The notes below the pieces were generated by a model that was not told the origin of the DNA, made no database searches, and was given only the letters and a program-made list of their open reading frames with translations. From positions 64,048,001 to 64,112,000 of the forward strand of contig NC_087436.1 of NCBI RefSeq assembly GCF_036321535.1: a stretch of DNA of 64,000 nucleotides, given 5' to 3'. Shown here piece by piece: positions 27,110 through 37,880 of the stretch; the stretch's first letter is position 1, and each line of letters opens with the position of its first letter. Position numbers and translations under genes: made by a program. Origin of the DNA: Camelus dromedarius. Its lineage: Eukaryota.

Positions 27110-27625
27110 ACAGTGCATTTATTTATCTATTGGTACGTAACAAAGTGTCCATCACCATTTTATTATGCTCACAAATCATGTGGGCAGAATTCTGACAGGC
27201 ACAGAGGGCTTGTGTCTGCGCCGCACTGGTCTGGGGCCTCAGTGGGGAGGATTCCGAAGGCTTCAGGGCCTCAGGCTGAGGCCTGGAATGTCTTGAGGCT
27301 CCCTCACTCACAGGCCTGGTTTCCCGGCTGTGGGACTTGAAGGCTGTGTCCAGCTGGACGGTCAGCTAGAGAACCTATACATGGCCTCTCCATGTGTCTT
27401 GGACTTCTCCCAGCATGACAGCTATGTTTGAAGGGGGGACGTTCAGAGATCAAGTGTTCCAGGCTACCCCAGGGGAAGCTGCATGGCACTTCATGACATT
27501 GCTTCAGAAGGCTCATAGCATCACTCCTGCCAAAGTCTATTAGTTCATGCGATCGCTAGCCCTCCCAGATCCCAGGAGAGGGGACATAATGTGTCATTGG
27601 AAGGGGTGTGAAAGGATGTGGGGCC
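27110..27625 (-). mobile_element. MaLR LTR, MLT1F/G/H-like
   Basis: ttatctattggtacgtaacaaa start, tctggggcctcag, acctatacatggcctctccatgtg, ggaagctgcatggc and cccagatcccaggagaggggaca. Confidence 0.85.
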
Positions 27626-28131
27626 CTCCTCCTTGCCCTCCTGTCCTTATAGAAGGGTGAAAGATGACAGGGAATAAACATAATTTGGTTTGCTAATAGT
27701 TTTTCTGTAAATCATTCTCAAAAGTAATGAAACTCTAATCTGTCAACATCTAATTTGAGCTGGCAGTTAAAGGTTTTCATCAAAGGCCTAAAGTCACTAA
27801 ATGTAATCCTAGCTTTTAATCCTGCTAATATTGAACCTTTATACTCTCAACTCCAGGATAAACCTTTCTTTTTAAAAGCTTAAAATTAGTCATTGTGATT
27901 CTCAGGCAAGCACATTTTATTTTTCTCGTATAGAAGTTACCTCTTCCTAAGGTTTTTATGAAGTTTAAACTGCCTATTTTTAAGATGCCTGGAACAGTAC
28001 CAGGTATATATACTGTAAGTCCAATATAAGTATTCATTACATTAAAAAAATGCCTATAAATCCCTTTTAAGGTGCCATAAGGAATAATAGGAAGTAAATT
28101 CTTTTTAAGTCAATATAATATTTACCAATAT

Positions 28132-28705
28132 ATTTTTATTTTATTTTATTTTATTTTATTTTATTTTATTTTATTTTATTTTATTTTTTAACATTTTTAT
28201 TGATTTATAATCATTTTACAATGTTGTGTCAAATTCCAGTGTAGAGCACAATTTTTCAGTTATACATCAACATATATATTCATTGTCACATTTTTTTCTC
28301 TGTGAGCTACCATAAGATTTTGTATATATTTCCCTGTGCTATACAGTATAATCTTGTTTATTCTACAATTTTGAAATTCCGTCTATCCCTTCCCACCCTC
28401 CACCCCCTTGGCAACCACAAGTTTGTATTCTATGTCTATGAGTCTATTTCTGTTTTGTATTTATGCTTTGTTTTTTTGTTTTTGTTTTTTAGATTCCACA
28501 TATAAACGATCTCATATGGTATTTTTCTTTCTCTTTCTGGCTTACTTCACTTAGAATGACATTCTCCAGGAGCATCCATGTTGCTGCAAATGGCATTATG
28601 TTGTTGGTTTTTATGGCTGAGTAGTATTCCATTGTATAAATATACCACATCTTCTTTAACCAGTCATCTGTTGATGGACATTTAGGCTGTTTCCATGTCT
28701 TGGCT
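28132..28705 (-). mobile_element. 5'-truncated lineage-specific L1 with a (TTTTA)n tail
   Basis: Antisense 3' UTR and ORF2 end (catccatgttgctgcaaatggcatt...gagtagtattccattgt...ggacatttaggctgtttccatgtcttggct). Possible TSD ccaatat at 28125-28131 and 28706-28712. Confidence 0.95.
28134..28187. repeat. (TTTTA)~10 pentanucleotide repeat derived from the L1 poly-A tail
   Basis: Read directly from the sequence. Confidence 0.95.
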
Positions 28706-30029
28706 CCAATATTATACCATTAAGATTATCACTACAATGTTTTCCCAAAAGATTTGAAAAAGAAACAGAAGTGACTTTGATAAATTTATTTTAAGGATCG
28801 AAATTTGTTGTCAACAAATTAGTGATTCAAATTTTAAAATTACAGTGAATGATGATTCTTTCTAAGGACTGTATCTACAGTTATATTTCAGATGTGATTG
28901 TCTCATTAATTTTCCAAATTGATCTTTGTTATTTATTTGGAAGCAAAAATATATCATCAAACTTGGTTAATAGCTCATTTGTTCACATTGTTTTATTTTG
29001 CATAATTTCTTATTTGTGCTTCAGTCATCTCAAATTTAAAGAACGTTTTTTTGAGGGACCCCAGTAGTTTGTTTCAGAACCTGAGGTTATAGCACCCAGT
29101 GGTTAATTATGCTGTTCTAAACTTACTAAAAGCGGAAAGGAAATATATTTACATCTAAATGACCATGCTGTCTTCTGCTTACTATCACGTGTACTATTTC
29201 ATTTTTATTTATTGTGACCTCGTACTAGGAGTACCTTGCATAAGCAGGAGTCTAAAAATTTTTTGAACAGCCAGGGTACATTTATCTTTTCTTGATGCTT
29301 GATTTCTGAGTGAGGTGAGGACACTGAGGCTAAAGGGTGTCATGCATGATTTTTTAGTTACTCATTCTCAGTCTAAGCCAGGTATATGAGCAGTTCTGAC
29401 AGTTAGCTTAGTAAATCATTCAGGAATCTTGACTGCTTTCTCAAAACATACCTGGGTCTTGAGGAAGGAGTCTAGGTGATTGCCCCTAGATGTTTGCCTA
29501 AAGATGATTTAGAAAATTGGTTGGGAGCTTTGCTCGTCCCCAGTGATCAAAAATTAACCTGCCAGAAATTCACAGGCGCAGCAACACTGTGTTAATGATT
29601 CTGTGACTCATGCACAAGACTTCTTTTTTTTTAAGCTGGCTTTTCCAAATTCCAGAGATACAGCATTTATTATTGCTAATTTACTTTTGTATTTGCTCTA
29701 TGAATAGGACCTTCAGTATCAGGGTCCTTCACTGTCTCAGACCTCTAGGGCTTTGACTCAGTGTATGGATTGGAGGCAGATAACCGGTGTTCTCTTACTC
29801 CAGTGGTAAACACAGTTGGGAAAAAGGGAGGAAAATCTTTGAACCAAAGACTTAACTCCAAGAGGGACTGTTGTCTGACTTCCAAACAGGCCAGAATACA
29901 CTGTGCTGCAGAATCCCCTCGGGTGTTCATTAAACCATCCTGACTGGCTCACAGGGGTGAGAGCCAAGAGGGGCCTGGTTTGGGACATGTGTACAACTCT
30001 GTTTACATGTTAAGTTTCACTCATATATG

Positions 30030-30532
30030 TGTCCACTGCAGAAACTGCACAGCTTAAAAATTGAGAATTACATTTCTTGGGGCAGATTTTCTGAGAACTT
30101 CAAGCCCAGGAGATAGCCTCTCAGGGAGCTCTGAGGGCCCTCTCTGAAGAGGTAAGAGAGGAGCCAGGATCTATAGGAGTTTTTGCAATTAAGACCAGGT
30201 AGTGGGAATATCAAAAGGTTACTATTAATTAAAGAAAACCAGGCATCTCAAGTTAAGGAACTTAGCACTTGGCTGTGTATGGGAAGATGCAAGAGTCTGG
30301 GCTCATAGAAAGCATTCCTTTGATAAGCATGATAGCTATCTAGGGCCTGTTCTTTCCCATCCTGAATGCCCTCTGGGTGGACCACTGGAGAGGCTGCAGG
30401 GGCTTGACACCAAGCAGGCTGCTTGTTGCCACCTGGAGTGCCCTCAAGGCTCACCATCAGGGCGACTGTAATGGCTTGATGGCTTCAACATCCTTTGCTT
30501 ACTGATAGGGCAGGCAGCAGTTTTCATTCACA
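30030..30532 (-). mobile_element. ERV1-class solo LTR
   Basis: About 500 bp bounded by TG(tccactg) and (cattca)CA. Internal gatagcctctcag, gagccaggatctataggagttttgc and atgggaagatgcaagagtctgggctca match an LTR family I recall from cetartiodactyls. The 4-bp flanks tatg and cgtg may be a CpG-decayed TSD. Confidence 0.82.
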
Positions 30533-31089
30533 CGTGAATGTATTTATGATTTAGTATATAGTCACAGCCTTTTGACAAAGTTATACATTACTAAGTTCAT
30601 TTCTAGAATTATTATGTACTTTAAAATTAAAGGAAGCTTTAAATGCTTTGAGGTTTTACATATAAGTTAGTTAATTCTTTCATCTGTGAGGATTGACTTA
30701 GACAATCTGCAAAGGCTTTTGCCATTCTAAATCCCTATAATTCTGTGACCCTGATTATTTTTCTAGAATTGAGCCTCCACCTTTATTTCCCTTTGCTTAA
30801 TTATGAGTGTAAACAGTAACGTGATCAAAGTGCTGCACAAGCCATCAAGCAGCGTTATCAGTATTAATGGTGGGAAGAGGAAAGCTTTCTACCTTCAGCT
30901 TTCTACCTTCAGCTTTTCCTACGTTAACCACTTCTCAACCTCATTGTGCATTTTTTCATTCCAGCTAAAGACTTCATTTACATTCAGAATCTTTGGATGT
31001 AGTCAAAGTGCTTAAGTGTTTACTGTTCCATCACCCATTAACTCCCCATCCTGTAGAGTGTAGTTCAGTCCTTTGAAATTTTGAAAACT

Positions 31090-31320
31090 AGGACCATAAA
31101 CTCAGACATTTCAAGGGCTAACGGATATTCTGAATGAGTGAGGCACATATTGTGTAATTGCTGCTAGACCTTCAGATTATTTTTTCTAGAAACCAGAAAC
31201 CTAGATTTTTATTGTTAAATATTCTGCCTTCTTGGTGCTATTTGAAATTATTTTGAAAAAAAGGAGTAAAGGTGCTATGACGCCACAAGATGGGGTCTAC
31301 CAGTTCCATAACCTGTTTTA
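31090..31320. mobile_element. Possible hAT/Charlie MER DNA-transposon remnant
   Basis: ttttttctagaaaccagaaacctagattttta...aaatattc resembles MER hAT internal sequence; weak. Confidence 0.35.
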
Positions 31321-32359
31321 GCACCAGCCATGCCCTTCAGCTTCCTGCTGGTAGATGTTCTGTTGTGAATCATGCCCCCACATAGACCCCTCCCCCTGGG
31401 GATCTGCACTCTTCACTGCTCTGTTGTACAAGTGCAGACTTGCCTGGACACTATAATTAGCCCTGGATTTTGACACCAGTTCCTCAGTTAGTCATTACTG
31501 TGCTTGTTAAGTTCCTGGACAAATTTCTGTTTCTGCACTAACACCAGGCTCACAGGCATCCAGGATTGATGCCCATCCTTGGGTTATCCTTGCACCCAAA
31601 GCTCTTCCTTTTTACAAAAGTCACTTTTCTTTCTTTCTCCTGGATCTTTTTATGTGGTTTCCGTTTATTCTTCATCTGGTGGAGTCATCCCTGCTCTTGA
31701 CTCTTGCTCATCTGAGCACCAGTGGTTTCTTTCATTCTTGTTATCTTTTCGTTTCTGTCACGGTGTGCTCCTTGTTACCACTTTTAACCCTCTTGCACTT
31801 TTCTGCATGAATGGACAGAATGGGGTGGATAATGTACACAAACTGATTTAAATTGTTGCAGGAATATGGTAACCACACATTAGACTCAAGAGCAGTGCTA
31901 TGGGTTGATATTAGAATGACATTACCTGACTGCTGAGTCCATTCGTTGTTGGCAGTCAGGGTGGATATCCCCTCGCACTTGAACATAGACTTGCTCGCTT
32001 TGGGGAAATTTTTAAAGTGGCACGGTCTCAAGAAAAGGGCTTCTGTTCTGAGGTAGCTCTTCTGGTACGGAAGTGACAGTGTACACAGACTGGTGAGCTC
32101 CTGAAATGATTCACCTGGTCCTCTTATGAAAGGCTTTTTGGGTTCCTCTCATTAAACACTGGTTCGATTTTATTTCTGTATGTCCCATTGCGTGGACGAG
32201 ACTGTCATGAGTGATCTTGCCAGTTGCCTTGCAGGACTAGTTAAACTCAGTCTTCTGCACTTCCCTTCTCTAGGTATCTGGTATGTTCAGAAAGGATGAT
32301 CTTATAGTTAGAGATGACATTTTTGATTATTTACTCTGAGGAAGATGTTCATTATTGTC

Positions 32360-32535
32360 CTCATGTTGTAATGAAGACCTATTAAATACGTTTCATTTTC
32401 ACAACAATATTATGAAGAGGTGCTATTATAACTATTTTGCAAATGGGAAGCCAAGTTGCGTGGAGTGGAAATTACTTGCTCAGATCACACGGGTGGTGAC
32501 TAGTCCTGGGAGCTCTCACTATTAACCATTGCACT
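32360..32535 (-). mobile_element. MIR SINE
   Basis: cacaacaatattatgaagaggtgctattat...attttgcaaatgggaag...acttgctcagatcacac. Confidence 0.7.
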
Positions 32536-34429
32536 CCTCGGTCTGTCTCTCATCACTGCATTTCAGGTAACTCATACTTAGTGTAGCCAGGACGGCCCCT
32601 GACAAACAATAAATCCTGCTCTGGCACCATACAAATCAGTTCCTAATAAGTTGTCATGGAAGCTTTTTAAAGAATAATGAGAAACTCTTCTGTCGATATT
32701 TTGAAGAATTTACTCTTCTCCTCTTCTCCAAACTGAAAATGCATTCGTCTGAGCCTGCTTGATGTCTTCTGGCCCCTTGCCAGTCTTTTAAGTTCCTTCA
32801 AAGATCACTGCATTTGTTGGATCTATTTTGCAAGTCCTCTCAAAAAACCTGCTCTTTAATCAAATGGTCCAGGAGATTGGAACACTTTGCCAGCAGCAGA
32901 GTATTTCGCAAAACACATTTCTTATCTTCAGCTTCACCTTTCCTTCTGACCAGTTTTCCTTCTGCTCTTTCCAGTTGAGTGGTCCTTCTCTGATGGAGAA
33001 TTCTAAGCCGGTATGATCATTAGTTGTTTGGCTGCCTTTTAATCATCCTTTTAATTATCTATTATTTTTTACACCATTAATTAAAAAATATATGCCTCTT
33101 CTGTCCTTGTTTGTGGGTGTTTCCTTATTGCTCTACACTCCTGCAGTGCATGTTTGGTACTTAGTTGGTAGAGAATTTAAAAGTAAATCAGAAATTACCT
33201 TTATGCCAAGCTGACTAGATTTTACTAAAACTCCAACAGTTTTCTCTGAGGTGGTATCAGTAATTACTAACATTTTTTTCCCCCTCTGTGTGAACCAATA
33301 AAAATACTTGGCATTTTTAGGAATATCATTCATATCTTTCAAGATAAATCTCCAAAATTTAGCTCCTTTTGTGTGTTTGTTTTGTGTGAAGAACTATTGT
33401 TGAGTTAATAAACAGGAAATCAAACACAGAAAGCACATTTTTACCCTGCTTTGTGGTTGCTTTACTTTATGTTAATTTTTGTTTTTCATTAAGTATGATC
33501 TAGAACAAACTGAGTTTCTAAACTCTTAGGATGATTGAGGACATCCAGGGAAGAATCCATGTTTAAAGGCAAAGCCAGTCAAATTTATAATGCATTTGAC
33601 TACGTGTAGTTTCAGATCCTGTCATTTGTATTTGTGGAAAAAGAATCTGTGTCTTTGAAAAACTAAATTTAATATTTTCCTTTAAAAACTTTAACATTTT
33701 TGCAATTGCCATTCTTATTTCATATGTTTGGGATATTTTACACACACACATAATCAAATTTCAGGATGAATTGAAATGTGAAAATTAGAACACAGTATGC
33801 CCAGCTGAACACAGAAGCGTACAGAAAAAAGCTTCACGTACATTCCACAAAGCCAATGACAAATCTTACTCTTAGTCCTTAGAGGCAGTTTCATTGTAAA
33901 ATGTATTCAGTGCATTTATTTCACCTTTCAATATCTTGAATTCCTCAGAATTGAAATGCAGTATGTCTATTTGATCCATATTGCCAAGTCTGTCTCTGAC
34001 ACATTGGCCCTCCTGTGAATAATATTGTAGTCCGTGATGGATCACAATGTCAAGAAGCTGATCTTGGTCCAATTTTTAACTCTGTTGGAAGAAATAAAAA
34101 ATTTGATTTGCTTCCAGATTTTGAAGAGAAGAAAAAGTTATCTGAAACAATAGTTTTAATGTTTATTCATGGTTTCTAATTAATGCTGTTTATTATTGTT
34201 ATTTTAAAAACCATAGTGATCCTTTGGTAGCAAGTTTATATTGTGTGGGCCTGTGAATCTCATAGGCCAGGTATGTATTTAAAATGATCAGTGTTCAGTG
34301 AATTGGACATACTAAATAGGACAACTCAGGAGCACTTTAAATGCATGCTGTGAGTGCTGGATTTAGATGAGGGAGGTAAGTATTAACATTCAGTTAAAAA
34401 ACCTACTATTGATGATCGTTAACAGTCTT

Positions 34430-35408
34430 TTTTTTAACTGAACTATAGTTGATTTACAATGTTGTTTTTTTTTGTGTGTACAGCATAGTGATTCATATAT
34501 ACATATATATTCCTTTTCATATTCCTTTTATTGTAGGTTTTTACAAGATATTGGATATAGTTCTCTGTGCTGTACTGTAAGACCTTGTTGTTTATTTTAT
34601 ATATTTTATATATAGTATTTGGTATCTGTAAATCCTGAACTCCTAATTTATCCACCCACCCCGCCCAACCTGGTAACCATAAGTTTGTTTTCTGTGTCTG
34701 TGAGTCTGCTTCTGTTTTGTAAATAAGTTCATTTATGTCGTTTTTTTAAGATTCCACATGTAAGTGATATCATGTAGTATATGTCTTTCTCTTTATGGCC
34801 TGCTTCTCTCAATATGATAATCTCTAGGTCCATCCATGTTGCTGCAAATGGCATTATTTCATTCTTTTTCATGGCTGAGTAGTATTCCACTATATAATAT
34901 ATGTAATTATATATATATAATATACTATATATTATAATATAGTATACACGCACATATTTTATACACACACACACACACACATACACACACACACACATCT
35001 TCTTTATGCAGTCATCTATAGATGGGCATATAGGTTGCTTCCATGTCTTAGATATTGTAAATAGTGTTGTTGTGAACATTGAGATGCATGTATCTTTTTT
35101 GGGGGGGTTTCCTCTGGATATATGCCCAGGAGTGGGATTGCTGGATTATATGGTAACTCTATTAGTTTTTTAAGGAATCTTCATACCTTTTTTCATAGTG
35201 GTTGCACCATTATTACACCACAAATTACATTCCCACTAACAGTGTAGGAGGGTTCCCTTTTCTCCACACTCTCTCCAGCATTTATCATTTGTGGACTTCT
35301 GAATGATCGCCATTCTAACCAATGTGAGGTGATAACCTCACAGTAGTTTTGATTTGCATTTTTCTGATAATTAGTGATACTGAGCATCTTTTCATGTGCC
35401 ATCTGTAT
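34430..35408 (-). mobile_element. 5'-truncated L1 (about 1 kb) with decayed ORF2 C-terminus
   Basis: ORFs 34729-35079 (LFTISKTWKQPICPS...EYYSAMKKNEIMPFAATWMDLEIIIL) and 35193-35402 (NAGESVEKREPSYTV) are L1 ORF2p peptides. TSD gttaacagtctt at 34418-34429 and 35409-35420. Confidence 0.97.
34891..34997. repeat. Compound (TA)n/(CA)n microsatellite inside the L1
   Basis: Read directly from the sequence. Confidence 0.9.
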
Positions 35409-36124
35409 GTTAACAGTCTTGACATAAAAATCAGATAAAATATTATAATGTTATTATGTTGTCATTGGTGTTCTGTATCAGTTTATATGAACTTATTAAA
35501 GATTATTTCACTTCATACCACTTTTTGTTCCACTTTGCTTACTTGAGGTAGAGCTGTGTGTGTGTCTGTGTGTGTGTATACATTGTGCAGGTGCACTTTT
35601 GGGCAGAAAGCACAGCCGTTGCTTTGTGAGGGAAATACGTATGTGGTCTCAACTGCCTGTTTATCCCCAGAGTAAGAAGAGATGAGTGAATAGGTACAGG
35701 TTAGGGTCCTTCAAGTTCCTCACGTTAGCTGCCAGCCCCCTTGTTGGACTAGTATTTTTTGTAAACCTTAGACTGAGTGTTAGCATTTGTACCCCACCAA
35801 TACTAAAACACTGGTAACCCCAGGGACTCTTGTTAACACTGAATGGACTCATGGAACAGATCCCTTGATGACATTTAGTCTGGGTTCCAGTAAGAAAGAC
35901 CTCCTTCTTGTAACATCAAAGAATCCCCAAATGAGGATGCTTTTTGCTCTACAAGCCACCACGAACCTGGCACTGATGATCATTTTCCCAACTGTACTAG
36001 AGTCCTTTCTGTATACAGCTCTTGCAATATTTAGAACCCACCAGGGATGCACAGGCGCATGGCATATGTTACATCCTCAAAGGGTAGTTCATGGGGCCTT
36101 AGGGGCAAGTTTTTGATCTCTTCT

Positions 36125-36300
36125 GGGATGTGTGACCTTGAGGATGTTATGTTACCTACCTTCCTGATCTCTTTTTTTTCCTTGTAGGAGGGCAATTCAG
36201 TTAGTATCTGCTTCCTGATTGTTATACTATTTAAATAACAGAATACATATGAAGTGCTTAGTTCTGTATCAAGCACATAGTAAAAGTTCAGTCAATGTTC
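36125..36300 (+). mobile_element. MIR SINE
   Basis: tgtgtgaccttgagga...atatgaagtgcttag...agcacatagtaa. Confidence 0.6.
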
Positions 36301-37179
36301 TTGAAATCAATTAATAGTCATTGACATTCCTGAGACATCTAACCGGAGGAAAAGTAAAGTTAGAGTACTCTTCATAGCCATTCCTTTTTAGCCCTTAGAC
36401 CTGTAACAACAGTGTGTCTGTAGACAGTAGATAAGTTTAACTACTTCAGCAATAATCACATATTATTCATATATATATACTAAAAAATAAAGTAACAGTT
36501 TTGGAAGTACAATTAGTTAATACTGAATATTGCAAGTGCAAAAATAGTCCTCATACACTTTGCTTCCTTTTATCTCATGTCCAAGGTAAGAATATACTAA
36601 TGTGGCCTTTCCTCTCTGCATGCCAAGATTTTTAAGCACTCCGCTGTTTGCTTTGTTAGTTCTTAATATCACTTCATGCTTCTCCGTCAGTTGAGCTTAT
36701 CTCAAAACTAATTCACGATATATTCCAATAAAATCTTCCACCAGCATCTTCCCATTGTCACTGTATTTAATTACTTTTAAATCAAGACAAACAGCATGAC
36801 AACTTGACAATCAGAATTTGTCAGGCTTCTTCCTAAATCTAGGCAACACAGCAAAGCACTTTTTCTCTGAGCCTAGTGTTTTGTCCTCTCAGTGTTTTCT
36901 TGCATGAAGTGTCACTGAGCTGCAAGTCAGTCCTTGTCTCTCAGTGACATGGTGAGAGAAAGGAGGACGAGGATATTGTTGCCTTTTTGTGTCTTTCTTT
37001 TGTACCTTTTTTTTTTCTTTGAACATATTTATATTCTAAAACACATTCATTGGAAATCTATGAGATTCTATTATAAAATGATGCAAATCAGTGCAGATTC
37101 AAATAGATTACTGAGATATATGCCAGTGTCATATTAGATTTCCTCTTTTCTACAGTTTCAAAAATCATTACTTTATGAT

Positions 37180-37450
37180 TCAATTTAGGAAACATTTGAT
37201 AAGTGCTTAGTGTCTAACATGGTGCTAGAGGCTTCAGGGATTCCCAAAGAAGGATAAAGACGGTTCTTACAATCAAGGAACTTCAGTTTCATTGGTGTTT
37301 ACGAGATGTGTATGATTAAATGTCAAAATGGGTGATGGACATAGTAGATATTATACCACAGGAGGCCAGAGTCAGAGGAGATTAAATTAATTCATATATT
37401 TGAAGATGGTTTCATCGAATATTAAACCTGTAAAGATGTGAAAGTTTTGA
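37180..37450 (-). mobile_element. L2 LINE fragment
   Basis: attcaatttaggaaacatttgataagtgctt...gtgctagaggcttcaggga...tcaaggaactt. Confidence 0.65.
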
Positions 37451-37734
37451 AGGGTACTGGGATCATAATAATGATTTGGTTATTTTATACTTTATGGATA
37501 AAAGGTAGACTAGATAAAGGCTCAAATGAACTGTATAAATTCTGTATCTCCTACCAAAGCACTTAGCCAACAGCTGTTTATAGAAAGAACCCAAAGTGTA
37601 CATTTCTCTTCTTTTCCCTGGACATCGCTTGATTAACTTGTTAATAAATAATGAAAACACTAGAGCGTGTAGAGAAGTACAGCTCATGTCAGAAGTAGAG
37701 CGCAGTGGAGAGGACAGAGGCTTCAATGTCAACA

Positions 37735-37880
37735 GTGTGAATTTGCCTCTTATTTTTGATACTTATGTCCTTTCTGATTTTGGAAAAGTTATTTAATATT
37801 TTTTTATCCATAAATATGTACTTCATGGTGTTTGTGAGAATTAAGTAGAGTAAGTGAAACGTGCATACAAATTTAGCTAT
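37735..37880 (+). mobile_element. MIR fragment
   Basis: tgaatttgcctct...ttggaaaagttatttaa...catggtgtttgtgagaattaa. Confidence 0.55.

Noticed and set aside
34729..35402. L1 ORF2 peptides as a CDS
   Set aside because: A 5'-truncated, frameshifted retrotransposon remnant, not a gene.
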